In this document: piece after piece, positions 10,745 to 22,852 of the stretch
How the letters are laid out: the number at the start of each line of letters is the position of its first letter
Numbering within the stretch: position 1 is the stretch's first letter
Source of the DNA: Dendrobates tinctorius
Lineage: Eukaryota
DNA length: 64,000 nucleotides
Assembly: GCF_039654945.1 (NCBI RefSeq)
Contig: NW_027361728.1
Location: 24,800,001-24,864,000, forward strand
Direction: 5' to 3'
The notes under the pieces: model-generated
What the model saw: only the letters and a program-made list of their open reading frames with translations
What the model was told of the DNA's origin: nothing
The model's database searches: none
Program-made: the position numbers and the translations under genes

Positions 10745-12700
10745 TAGCGGGTACGGAAAATATTCAGACCCCTTTAAATTTTTCACTCTTTGTTTCATTG
10801 CAGTCATTTGGTAAATTCACGAAAGCAAAAGTTCATTTTTTCTCTCATTAATGTACATTCTGCATCCCAGCTTGACTGAAAAAAAAACAAATGTAGAAAT
10901 TTTTGCAAATTTATTAAAGAAAAACTGAAATTCAGTGGGAGAAAAAAAGTATTTAGTCAGACACCAATTGTGCAGGTTCTCCCACTTAAAAAGATGAGAG
11001 AGGCCTGTAACTGACATCATAGGTAGACAACAACTATGAGAGTCAAAATGAGAACAGATCCAGAACATCACCTTGTCTGATTTGGCAAGATATATTTTGC
11101 AAATTATGGTGGGAAATAAGTATTTGGTCACCTACAATTTTGTTTCTGGTGTCCTTCGACAGCTCTTTGGTCTTCACCATAGTGGAGTTTGGAGTGTGAC
11201 TGTTTGAGGTTGTGGACATGTGTATTTTATACTGATAACAAGTTCAAACAGGTTCCATTACTATAGGTAATGAGTGGAGGACAGAGGAGCCTCTTAAAGA
11301 AGTTGTTGCAGGTCTGTGAGAGCCAGGAATCTTACATGTTTTTAGGTGACCAAATACTTATTTCCTACCATAATTTTAAAAATAAATGTTGCCAAATCAG
11401 ACAAGGTGATTTTCTGGATTTGTTTTTTCATTTTGACTCTCATGGTTGCGGTCTACCTATTATATCAATTACAGGCCTCTCTCATCTGTTTAAGTGTGAG
11501 AACTTGCACAATTGGTGGCTGATTAAATAGTTTTTTTCCCCACTGTATCACATGGTCCTACGTATTCAGGCCCTTTGCTCAGGCACTCATATTTTAGTCG
11601 CATGCTTTCCATTTCCTTGTGATCCTCCTTGAGATGGTTCTACTCCTTCATTGGAGTCCAAATGTATTTAATTAATCTGATAGGACTTGATTTGTAAAGG
11701 CACACACCTGTGTATATAAGACCTCACAGCTCACGGTGCATGTCAGGCCAAATGAGAATCATGAGGTCAAAGGAACTGGCCAAGGAGCTCAGAGACAGAA
11801 TTGTGGCAAGGCACACATCTGGCCAAGGTTACAAAAGAATTTCTGCAGTACACAAGGTTCCTAAGAGCACAGTGGCCTCCATAATCCTTAAATGGAAGAA
11901 GATTGGGACCACCAGAAGTCTTCCTAGACCTGACCGTCCAGCCAAACTGAGCAATCATGTGAGAAGAGCATTGGTGAGAGAGGTAAAGAAGTATTCCAAG
12001 ATCACTGTGGCTGAGCTCTACAGATGCAGTAGGGAGATGGGAGAAAGTTCCACAAAGTCAACTATCACTGCAGCCCTCCACCAGTCTGGCCTTTATGACA
12101 GAGTGGCCCGACAGAAGCCTCTCCTCAATTCTAGACATTTGAAAGCCTGCATAGAGTTTGCTAAAAAACACATGAAGGACTCCCAGACTATGAGAAATAA
12201 GATTCTCTGGTCTGATGAGACGAAGATAGAAGATAGTGGCTTCAGAACAACTCTGTGACCATTCTTGACTGGCCCAGCCAGAGCCCTGACCTAAACCCAA
12301 TTGTGCATCTCTGGAGAGACCTGAAAATGGCTGTCCACCAACATTCACCATCCAACCTGATGGAACTGGAGAGGATCTGCAAGGAAGAATGGCAGAGGAT
12401 CCCCAAGTCCAGGTGTGAAAAATTTGTTGCATCATTCCCAAGAAGACTCATTGTTTACTAGCTCAAAAGGGTGCTTCTTCTCAATACTGAGCAAAGTGTC
12501 TGAATACTTATGGCCATGTGATATTTCATTTTTTCTTTTTTAATAAATTTGCAAAAATTTCTATGTATTTTTTTTCAGTCAAGATGGGGTGCAGAGTGTA
12601 CATTAATGAGAAAAAAAATGAACTTTTGAATTTACCAAATGGCTGCAATAACACAAAGATCGAAAAATTTAAAGGGGTCTGAATACTTTTCGTATCTGTG
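10745..12700 (+). mobile_element. Tc1 (DD34E-type, long inverted repeat) element with a defective transposase
   Basis: Termini (C)AGTGGGTACGGAAAxTATTCAGACCCC / GGGGTCTGAATACTTT; MRSKELAKELRDRIV...WSDETKIE (11761-12230), internal deletion, then WPSQSPDLNPI. Confidence 0.9.
10933..11545. mobile_element. Deleted Tc1 derivative nested in the left inverted repeat of the preceding Tc1
   Basis: CAGTGGGAGAAAAAAAGTATTTAGTCA...TGATTAAATAGTTTTTTTCCCCACTG|TA; ~200-bp inverted repeats. Confidence 0.85.
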
Positions 12701-14002
12701 TGTGTGTGTGTGTATATAATATATATAAAAACAACTTTTTTTTATAGGGAGAATAAAATAAAGCCTGTCAGCCGAACAGAGCCTTTTATTAGGAGGGACC
12801 ATGCCATAATAAAGCTCAGTTGAAAGCTGTAATGCATTCATTAAGTACAATGCAAAGAATCTTTATTGGAGAGGAAGATATACTAAATACATCAATATAT
12901 ACTATATACACCATATACATGTACTAATGCAACGCTCAGAAATGCCATTATGTTGACTGGTTCTTAATGTGCCGTATGTGTATTATCCATTATGGCATCC
13001 TTTCTGAAGTTTTTCAGATAATTATTTTATTTCTCCTCCTTGACGGAAACGGCACTGGAGACGTAATGTATTCTCTCCCCTTCACTTCTCTTTTGGACTG
13101 AACGTACACATTCTGTGCGGATGAACATGCATGTTTATGGGGAGACTGAGAGTGATAACCGCCAGCAGGACAACTCTCAGCCAGCAGGTCTATAATGCCT
13201 ATGGCCACCTTTATATGCAGTAGATGCAAATTGGTCCCTGAATTTGCCCTTTGGGTGCCATTTAGTTGATACAAAGGCACCTACTAATCATTATCTTGCG
13301 GCTCTCCTAATGTAATGTGTTTTATACTGGCAGCAGACTACAGTGATGTAGATTGTAGACCATTAACGGCTATCGTTGTAATTATCAGACCCTGGGAATA
13401 GTTCTAACCAAAAGTTTTTCTGCAGATTGAAATGTAAAAACTTTGTTCTATTAAATGTAGACACTGTTAATAATCAGTTAAAGGGGTTTCCTTATCATAA
13501 TAAATGGGTAAAATTGCAACGTGGTTGTAAAAACAAACAGCTTTGCAATTGACCTCTTATTAAAATTCTCTCTGTTGTCAAAATCGTAATTGTATATTTT
13601 ACCATTGCCTAGATTGCCGGTCACCTCTGCTGTCTATCAGCAGTGGTCAGTCTCCTAGGCAAGGGGCATAGCACTTATGAGCTTTTCGTTGTAGAGTTTG
13701 TAAGTGTGGCTCTGAAGTTGGCTGGATCACAGGATCCTGCCGGCTTCGGTGCCTCTGACCTTCTCTAATACTGTAGATGTAAAACTGCTTCTCCTTGCAG
13801 ATCGGACCATGGGCACGACCATGCCACCAGCAGTCATCAGGAGCACACCACTCCCCATCTAGCAGGAAGCCTGGAGGCAGGGAAGCCGTGTGCTCCTGAA
13901 GATTGGATGTGAGACATCCCCCTATGTATCGAGATAAATTGTATGTTCATTGTTTTTGATTATTTAGCTCAAAAATGAAAGTGATGTGTTTAATCCATGC
14001 AG

Positions 14003-14169
14003 GTGACAGCCCCAAAAAGTGGGGGGCGAGTGATTCTTGCTACTGAAGATGACTACTGCAAGCTCTGCGACGCTTCATTCAGCTCCCCAGTCGTTGCTCA
14101 AGCACACTACCAAGGAAAGAACCATGCCAAGAGATTGCGTCTGGCCGAGACACCAGCTAATGCTTTTAT
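14003..14169 (+). CDS. ZMAT3: ZMAT3 internal coding exon (second matrin-type C2H2 zinc finger)
   Basis: atgcag|GTG...AT|gtaggt; 167 nt, phase 0 to 2; translates [55 protein letters not shown], matching the vertebrate ZMAT3 segment [43 protein letters not shown]. Confidence 0.96.
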
Positions 14170-14320
14170 GTAGGTATAAATAAAACTGTCCCATAAAAAC
14201 AAATTTCTTTTATATTTTCCATCACTTTATGAAGTAAAAATTGCATTGGGCATTATACATATTCCTATTAGAGTAGGGAAAAACTATAAGTGTCATAAGC
14301 CATCTATCATATAGCTTTAC

Positions 14321-15182
14321 TAGTGATGAGCGCAGGTGCTCGTTACTCCAGCTTTCCTGTTAGACAATATTAAGCATTAAAGGCCCTTCTTTCTGTCTTT
14401 AACAGGGCACCTCAGTATTATTGACACATCCAGCCTAGAGGATACTATTAAAAATTAACTTTTAATTAAATCATAGCTTAAAAAATTCAGCAGAGGAGCA
14501 AGAGCCCAAATCCAAGGTGTCTGCATGCTGGTGCCTCCCAATAGCAAGTACACTCCCCTGACTTCTCCTAACGGACAAAAGAAACGCGTCGGGAGAGAAC
14601 TTCTTTTTGGGATAATAGCTCCACTTGGGTACTGCCCTTGTTAGGGCAGGAGCAAATGCAAAGGGCACGACAGAGCAGAGTGAGGTATACTTCTACCCAT
14701 ATGGATGTGACCCGGAGAAGAGTCCGCACTTCCGTTGGGTGAGATCCACGGTGTTTCTTTCTTTTTCATTCACTTTATTGCACTGTGACACTTTACTCAT
14801 TTAGTCCTAGCAATGGTAGTAAGATACGTTACCTAGCATTCTTACTAAAGGATGGGAATGCTTTTTTGTGGTTGGTAGTATCTTGGTTGTAGATGTTAGG
14901 TTTGGATTTGGGCTCTTGATGCTCTGATAGATTTTTAAGCTATGATTTAATTAAAAGTTATTTTTTAATAGTATCCTCTAGGCTGGATGTGTTGCCTTTT
15001 AGACAGCCAGAAAACATGCAGGGATTGCTCATGCTTGTGAGGAAAGCCCCGGATGTTTTGTGGCTGCATAACAGCAGCGAAACGTGAGGGCGCGGAGACT
15101 TGAATATGTCACTCGTGCCCCCTGTGTGCATACCAGAGCACCATAGGCGAACTGGAGTAACGAGCACTTGCTCTCATCACTA
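14321..15182. mobile_element. hAT-like MITE (TAGTGATGAGCG family) carrying an inner Penelope-like insert
   Basis: TIRs TAGTGATGAGCGCAGGTGCTCGTTACTCCAG / CTGGAGTAACGAGCACTTGCTCTCATCACTA; degenerate TSD agctttac / gtctttac; inner ~90-bp inverted repeat 14425-14515 vs 14902-14992. Confidence 0.7.
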
Positions 15183-15799
15183 GTCTTTACCACTATGGTC
15201 ACACAAATACAGTGGCTGGCGATTCCCAGAACTGTGGCAGAAAGACGTTGATGTCCAATGTGCTGCCTCCTTGTTTTACCCACTGAATTAGATTGTCTGC
15301 AGACCAGGTCATAATGTTGGCACATTAATATTGCCAAAGATGGCTTGTTAAGTTTTTGCTGATTTTGAGTTGCGCAAACATTTTGCGTCATTTCAGAGAT
15401 ATTTACAGACAAAATTCTGGTGATAACTTCTTGATGAACCTGGGTGTAAGTGCTTTTTTAACAGCCATCATTTGCAAACTGATGAAGTAATCTGTGAATG
15501 CAGCCTGATGACTAATAAATGTAATATTTTCAAGAGCTCACATATCTTTAATTAAACAAATGGTACATATACATAGGACATATGCACAGCTGGTATCCAG
15601 GCAGAAAATTTGCATCTTTACAACATTGTGAATGAAGTCTTAGAAGGAGACTTGTTCATGCACGGCGAAAGGAAATCTGCAGTGTAAATTCACATGTGAT
15701 GCAAATTTGAAATACTCATAAGTGACAAATCTGCACTAGTTCCACATTGAAAAATGATGTTTGGCTAATTGGGGGTTAACAATTTCCATCGCTAAATAA

Positions 15800-16297
15800 G
15801 GCTGGTTTCACATTCGCGCTTTTTAAGCGCACGCACGGCCGGGGGTAGCTCCGCCCCCGAGCCGGCTCTCTGCCCGGCGTGCCCGCCCCTTCCTTGTAGC
15901 GCCGCCTCCTAGCGCACAGCGGCGCCTGCGATCGGCGCACCCTATCTTTAGCATAGGGTGCGCAGATCGTGCGCAGGCCGTGCGCTAGTTGCGCTTTGCC
16001 CTGCGCTGCGCACTTTTGACGGTGCGCCGTGCGCGCCAAAATCCGAAAAGTTTGATTTTGGCGCGCACGGCGCACCGTCAAAAGTGCGCAGCGCAGGTCA
16101 AAGCGCAACTAGCGCACGGCCTGCGCACGATCTGCGCACCCTATGCTAAAGATAGGGTGCGCCGATCGCAGGCGCCGCTGTGCGCTAGGAGGCGGCGCTA
16201 CAAGGAAGGGGCGGGCACGCCGGGCAGAGAGCCGGCTCGGGGGCGGAGCTACCCCCGGCCGTGCGTGCGCTTAAAAAGCGCGAATGTGAAACCAGCC
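15800..16297. mobile_element. Harbinger MITE, near-perfect 498-bp palindrome
   Basis: TAA TSD on both sides; TIR GGCTGGTTTCACA; 244-bp arms with one visible mismatch and a 10-nt loop. Confidence 0.93.
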
Positions 16298-17419
16298 TAA
16301 GACATTTTTTTCATCCAATGATATGTACATTGCTTTGTACAATGAAATACGTTTCTCCTTCGCCTCATTGGGGGACACAGGACCCGTGGGTGTATGCTAC
16401 TGCCACTAGGGGGCTGCCACTAAGGGAACACAAAAAAGTTAGCTCCTCCGCAGTATACACCCTCACGCTGGCTCTAAGCGAACCAGTTCATGCTTAGTGT
16501 CCATAGGAGGCACGAGTCTGGTTCTCAGACCATTCTTTTTCTTTTTTTTTTTTCTTTTCCCACCATGAAGACGAGATAGGTGCGACGGACCCTATTGAAA
16601 GGGTCCGATTTCCCCAAACCAACAACAGGCCAGCACGTGGAGTGTCGCCTCCACGTATCCTCTCCTGTGACGTGGAACACTATTCCGAACATAGCCCTGA
16701 CCACCCTAAGGTAGAGAAACCCTAGGCTGTACAGAGGCATAAATATAGTCCGTGCGGCCCCCACTGCATCACCAATGCTGAAAACTGCGATGATGGAAGG
16801 AGGCGGACGGTCCGACACCTCATCCCCCATAGGGGGAAGACGGATTAAGGGTGCCTGCACCGTCCTTTAAACAGCCCTCCTCCCCTCTAACCTGGCGGAT
16901 TTTCCTTTGAGGGAGCATGGGGACGTAGGGTGGTTTGGGAAGGCTCCTGCAGCGCTGCGTTCCTCTTCAGCGGCAAGGGCCCGGCGAGGCCGGCGTCCTC
17001 ATCCTCAGGATCAGCTTCCAGCCACAGCACTGACACCACTTCCGGCGCGCAATCCCCGTGTCTTCTGGACGGTGCCTGAACTTTAGGCCCCGGTTTCAGC
17101 CTGTACAAGGCCGCAGACCGGATGTCCCTCCCCCAGTCGTGTACATTTGCCGTGGCCCCTCCCACCCACCGGCGCTTAACAGAGTGGCGCCGCTTTTGAA
17201 TCCTGGCCTCCGAACAAGCCGCAGGTCTTGCTGCAGCCCTCCAGGACTCTCTGGGACAAAGGACCGGGGTAAATGCTGCAGCACTATATGCTGCTCCATT
17301 TTTCAGAGACAGTGCTGACATTTTTACAGCTATACTCTGTCCCTGCCCCAGCAATTGACAGTCCATATTAGCTAAGAGGTACAGCATGTCCAGAAGGGCC
17401 AAGACTCATACGGTGTTAT

Positions 17420-18830
17420 TCACCATATGTACCTCCTGTTGGTCTGCTTTTCCGCAAGCGCAGAATAAACAATTATGCAAAGCCTGAGATTCCGAACGTG
17501 CCCAGGAGCCCTCCTCTGCGTCCGAGCCCAGTGTACCTAGCCCCCCTGAATGGGTTTTGTCTCTGTCGCAGTCCATGGCATCACTAACTAGAGCAATCGA
17601 GTCCCTTCAGACCCCCAATAGGGGTAGGGACAGCGGCTCACCTGTCTTGGAAAGATCCTCCACCTCATAGGAGCTGTCGGCCTGCAGGGGCCGCTGTCAC
17701 ACTAGACAGACGCAGGGGAAACAAACCCATACGGCGTCTCCCGGGCCATCCGGCGCCTCAGCATCCATAAGCTCCCTCTCTCGCTCACCCTCACCAGTGT
17801 ACGATAACGAGCAGAACTCTGATTACGATTCATATGGGCCCCTCAATTTGGATGCGCCTGGTTATCAGGAGACAATTGATAGTCTCATTGAAGCTGTCAA
17901 TCAAACCCTGGAGATTGATGATGAATCCACCCTGGCCAGAGGCCACAAGGTGTCATTTAAACGGGTCAAATGGCCTCAGAGTTTTCAGCACTCACCCAGA
18001 GTTTGAGGACATAGTGCAGCGGCATAGGGAACAGCCAGACAAACGTTTCTCAGGTCAGTGGGCGCTTGAAGCAAGATACCCGTTTGCTTCTGATCTCCGC
18101 AAAAAATGGGCAGAATCCCCTCCAGTAGATCCACTTGTGCCACTCTTGGCTTCCAAAACCCTGCTATCCTTACCTAACGGATCCTCTATCAACGATCCCA
18201 CTGACCGTTTAAGAGAGAGTCTTGCTCGTTCAGTTTTTGAAGCTTCGGGTTCAGCTCTCTCCCCTTCCTTTGCTGCAACATGGGTGGCTAAGGCCATGGT
18301 ATTCTGGGCAGAGTCTTTAAATAGAGCCCTGCAGGGTACTGACCTTCCACCTGAGTTAGTAGATCTCACAAATCAGATCGCTTTGGCCGGAGACTACTTG
18401 ATTAATGCATCCTTGGACGCGGCGAATTGCGCGGCACTTGCGGCCGCGAATGCCATTTCCATTAGAAGAGCTCTGTGGTTAAGGACTTGGTGAGCAGATG
18501 CAACATCAAAGAAATCCCTAACTTCTCTGCCTTACCAGAGCGGCTGGATGTTTGGTGAGAAGCTAGATCAACTCATCTCAGACACCACCGGGGGGGGGGA
18601 GAGTAACCTTCTTCCCCAACAAAAGGTTAAGCGATCAACTCCTCACCAACTGCAGGCACGCTTTCGGTCCTTTCGCAAACCCTGGGCGGACCACATCGAC
18701 CAATCCTGCCTGTTCAGGTCGCTCCACCTAGGACAGAGATCGTCAAATCTCATATAGATCCAATCCGTTGGGGAAAAACTGTCCCCACCAGTCCAAATCT
18801 AAGGGATCAAGGTCCCACAGATTTTCATCC
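17420..18830 (+). pseudogene. DIRS ORF1 (gag-like) with frameshifts and stops
   Basis: PPVDPLV...DPTDR...LDAA...RRALWLRTW*AD..SK..L..LP...G.MFGEKLD, typical of vertebrate DIRS ORF1. Confidence 0.8.
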
Positions 18831-18849
18831 AAATGACTCGAGGCATTTT

Positions 18850-20686
18850 CTGGTCGACACCAGCAGAGTAGGCGGTCACCTGCTCTGGTTTCGCCATGTC
18901 TGGCTCACTGTCGTGCACGATGCTTGGGTCAGAGATCTGGTGTCCTCTGGGTACAAAATAGAATTTGTCAAGCACCCTCAAACGTTTTTTTCTCTCCCGT
19001 CCTCCCAGAGTGGAAGCACTCGCTCGGTCCTTCTTCAAAGCCATTGAGTCACTCCGTCACGACGGAGTTATCATTCCCGTACCGGAAAACGAAAAATTCC
19101 AGGGGTTTTATTCAAATCTGTTTGTTGTCCCGAAGAATGACGGAACTGTAAGGCCCATTCTGGACCTAAAGCTCTTAAACAGATTTGTCAAAATCGGGCA
19201 TTTTTGGAAGGAGTCCCTTCGCTCCGTCATTTTTGAGAACGGAAAAGGGAGAATTTTTGGCCTCTATCGACATCCAAGACGCCTACCTTCATATCCCCAT
19301 TTTTCCCTCAAAGGTTCTTACACTTTGCTGTCCTTGGCCTACATTACCAGTTCACAGCCCAGCCTTTTGGGCTAGCCACCACCCCCATGGTGTTCACAAA
19401 GGTCATGGCGGCCGTCATGTCCATCCTGCATTCTTGGGGCATAGTCGTCTTGCCATATTTGGATGACCTCCTGGTCAAAGGACCGTCTTTTCGAGCTTGC
19501 GATGAATGCGTCAACATCATGCTGGATATGTTTTCCCGCCTTGTGTGGCTGGTAAACTTGAAAAAATCATCCCCTGTACTAGCACAAAAAATTTCCTTTT
19601 TAAGAATGATCTTCGACACCTCCCGAGGGTTCGTGATTCTCCCTCGGGACAAGGTCCTAGCCCTCCGTTAGGGAGTGCAGGCACTCCGTCAGCCAGTTCC
19701 ATGTGGCATCCCTTTTTGCATGAGGGTCCTGGGGAAAATGGTGGGAGCAATGGAAGCAGTTCCGTTTGTCCAGCTTCACTTTCATCCCCTGCAGCACGCC
19801 CTTTTGGCAACTTGGGACAGAAGCCCGTTTTCTCTCGACCGACCATGCCGGCTGTCCGCTCAGGTCAGGCAGGCACTCAGATGGTGGACGTTGAGTTCTT
19901 CCCTCCTTCAGTGGAAGTCCTTTCCACCGGACCATTGGCTGGTGGTCAATACCGACGCCAGTCTCCTCGGCTGTGGAGCTGTTTTCCGTCACCACACAGC
20001 CCAAGGACGCTGCTCGCTTTGAGAATCACGCCTCCCAATAAACCTCCTAGAAGTTCGGGCCATTCGGCTGGCTTTACGGCATTTTCACTATCTCCTGGTG
20101 GGTCGCCCCGTCTGGATTCAGTCGGACAATGCCATGGCCGTGGCTTACACCAATCACCAAGGGGGCACCCGCAGAAGGGCGGCCATGCGCGAAGTGGAAC
20201 ACATTCTCCGCTGGGCTGAGAAAAATCACTGTGATCTCGACAGTTCATATTCCAGGCGTAAGGAACTTGGCGGCAGACTTTCTCAGCCGGCAGGGTCTTG
20301 CGTCCGGGGAGGGGTCTCTCCTTCCCGAGGTTTTCTGACAAATTTGTCAACATTGTGGAACCACAGATGTGGATCTGATGGCCTCCAGGTTAAACGCCAA
20401 GGAGCCCGAGTTTGTAATTCGGTTCCGGAATCCAGAAGCCATCGCCGTGGACGCCTTGGTTCTGTCGTGGAAACAGTTGCGCCTTATTTGTTTCCCCCGA
20501 AAGTCATCAGGAAGATCAAGTCAGAAGGGGTCCCAGTAATCCTGGTCGCCCCAGACTGGCCTTGTCGGGCATGGTACGCAGAGCTAGTGCAACTAGTTGC
20601 CGAAGTCCCTTGGCGGCTATCGGATCGTCCGGACCTACTTTCCCAAGGTCCGATTTACCACCAGAACTCAGGGGCCCTGTGTTTAA
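18850..20686 (+). pseudogene. DIRS RT - RNase H - adenine-methyltransferase-like ORF, disrupted
   Basis: GFYSNLFVVPK.DG.VRPILDL, IDIQDAYLHIPI, VFTKVM...YLDDLL, TDASLLGCG, SDNAMAVAY; MT-like YLFPP...ILVAPDWP.RAWY. Confidence 0.88.
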
Positions 20687-21386
20687 TTTTTTCGGCTGCT
20701 CCTGACCCCCTGGGGCGATTCATGATCAATAGCAATATGGCACAGCAAGATGACTGAAATTATACGCTCTGGTGATCTCTCACTCCCAGTTATAAACACA
20801 GCAGGTCTATTATGCAATATTAATGTCCCAAGAACAGCTCAAAGCAGATGGGCCATGTAAATTGTGGCGATAATAACAGGTACTGAGTCATTACCAGGAA
20901 TACATGTGGCCAGAGAGATCTACAGGACCCGTAGAGACAGCAGCAGAGGGGGATGTTGGGGTCCAGGGGCCCCTAAAGTAATGGCGCCGGCAGGTTAAGT
21001 GACTTGTCAGTGGGGGAGCGCGGGGACCAATTTTTCTGAGCACTCACCACGCGTCCCCCTCAGATCCTCACGATGTGTGCTCACCGTCCGAGCAGCGCTG
21101 CAGTGATGGGGGCTGGCGCCATGTCTCCCTCTGTTAGAGCGCGCGCCTTAGAAGATGGCTGCCGTCTCATGCAGGCCCTGCCGCCCGCCCAGGCCTCTTC
21201 AGCTCCCGGATCACCAAAGTCCTTCCACGTTCTCCCGCAGGGGCCCAGAGATGTCCCGGCGTCTAGGGGGTCCTGAAGCTGGTAAGTATGCCGCGGTAAC
21301 AGGAGTCCATACAGCAAGATAAAGGCAGGATTCCAGGAGCTCTCCTAATATGCATCTTCACTCCTCTGCTACATAGCCACGCCCCC
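20687..21386 (-). mobile_element. ~700-bp non-coding retroposed insert with an L1-like 5' end
   Basis: 18-bp flanking duplication CAGGGGCCCTGTGTTTAA / CAGGGCCCCTTTGTTTAA; minus strand starts GGGGGCGTGGC...GAGCTCC and ends in A6. Confidence 0.6.
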
Positions 21387-21888
21387 CAGGGCCCCTTTGT
21401 TTAATGGCCTGGCCATTGAGTCCTGGATCTTGACCCAAGCCGGGTTTTCCCGGGATGTGGTTACTACAATGATTAGCGCCCGAAAGCCCGCCTCAGCGCG
21501 TATCTATCACCACACCTGGAAAGTCTTTGCGTGGTGCAGAGACCGCGGTCGTCCTCCCCTCACTTTCTCCATTCCCAACATTTTAGACTTCCTACAAGCC
21601 GGCCTGGACTCTGATCTAGCATCGAGCTTCCACAAAGGACAGATCTCAGCCTTATCCGTCCTATTTCAGTGCAGGATTGCTTCCAACCTGCAGGTAAAGA
21701 CTTTCATTCAGGGGTCTCCCACATGGTACCTCCTATAGAGCTCCCTTGGATGCCTGGGACCTTAACCTGGTCCTAAGTTCTCTGCAGGAATCTCTTTTGA
21801 ACCACTGCAGGATGTTTCGTTAACGTACCTCATTTGGAAAGTGTTTTTTCTCGTTGCTATAATGTCAATCAGGAGGGTTTCGGAGTTA

Positions 21889-22494
21889 GGGCCCCGTCAC
21901 ACATAGCGACGCACCATCGATCCCGACAACGATATGACCTTCTCAGGATTGCTGGTGTGTTGCTACATGATCGCTGGTGAGCTGCCAAACAGGTAGCTTC
22001 ACCAGCGATCAGCACCAGCGACAGGAGGGTAATAAGCGACGCACGTCGCTTAGTTACCCACTGTGTACCTTAGTTACCAGCGCGCTGGTGCAGGGAGCTG
22101 GTAACCAAGGTACACATCGGGTTTCTAAGCAGCGCGCGGTACTTAGAAACCCGATGTGTACCTTGGTTACCAGCTCCCTGCACCAGCGCGCTGGTTACTA
22201 AGGTACACATTGGGTTTCTAAGAGCTGCGCGCCGCTTAGAAACCCGACGTTTACCTTAGTTACCAGTTCCTGCTCGCTGGTCTCCCGCCTGTCACACGCA
22301 GTGATGTGTGCTGGCCAGCGGGAGACCAGCGAAATGTCCTGGCCATTCCAGGACGATCAGCGATAACCTGCAGGGGGACCGGTCGCTGGTCAGTGTCACA
22401 CACAGCGATCTCGCTTGTGAGATCACTGTTGCGTCACAAAACTTGTGACTCAGCAGCAATCTCGCTAGCGAAATCGCTATGTGTGACGGGGGCT
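21889..22494. mobile_element. Harbinger MITE inside the DIRS YR
   Basis: TTA TSD (21886-21888 / 22495-22497); TIR GGGCCCCGTCACACATAGCGA; internal hairpins. Confidence 0.88.
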
Positions 22495-22852
22495 TTAGCT
22501 GCCCTATCCTGTTGAGCCCTGTTTCTGATTTTTCACCGGGATAAGGTGGTTCTCAGGCCATCCCCTCTTTTTCTGCCAAAGGTCGTTTCCTCTTTTCACA
22601 TTAACGAGGATATCGTCTTGCCCTCGTTTTGGCCAGCACCAGTACACTGCTTGGAAAAGGCCCTTCATACGTTGCATCTAGTGAGAGGTCTCAGGAGGTA
22701 TGCGTCACGGACAGCATGTTTTCGCCAGACAGATGCTGTTTGTGCCCCCCGAGGGTCGCAGGAAGGTATTCTCTTTCTCAAAGTCGACAATAGCCAGGTG
22801 GATTCATTTAGCTATTCAGGAATCTTACCGGGTCAGGGGCACACCTGTTCCA

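Noticed and set aside
3240-14002. Search for the preceding ZMAT3 exon (GKNHGKKLRNYY...)
   Set aside because: No matching translation found by eye; presumed upstream of the window
15425-15515. CTGATGA motifs here and near 25160 and 57090 as further hammerheads
   Set aside because: No stem II plus GAAA and no closing stems
15776-16300. Near-identical ~105-aa ORFs on opposite strands
   Set aside because: Consequence of the palindromic MITE
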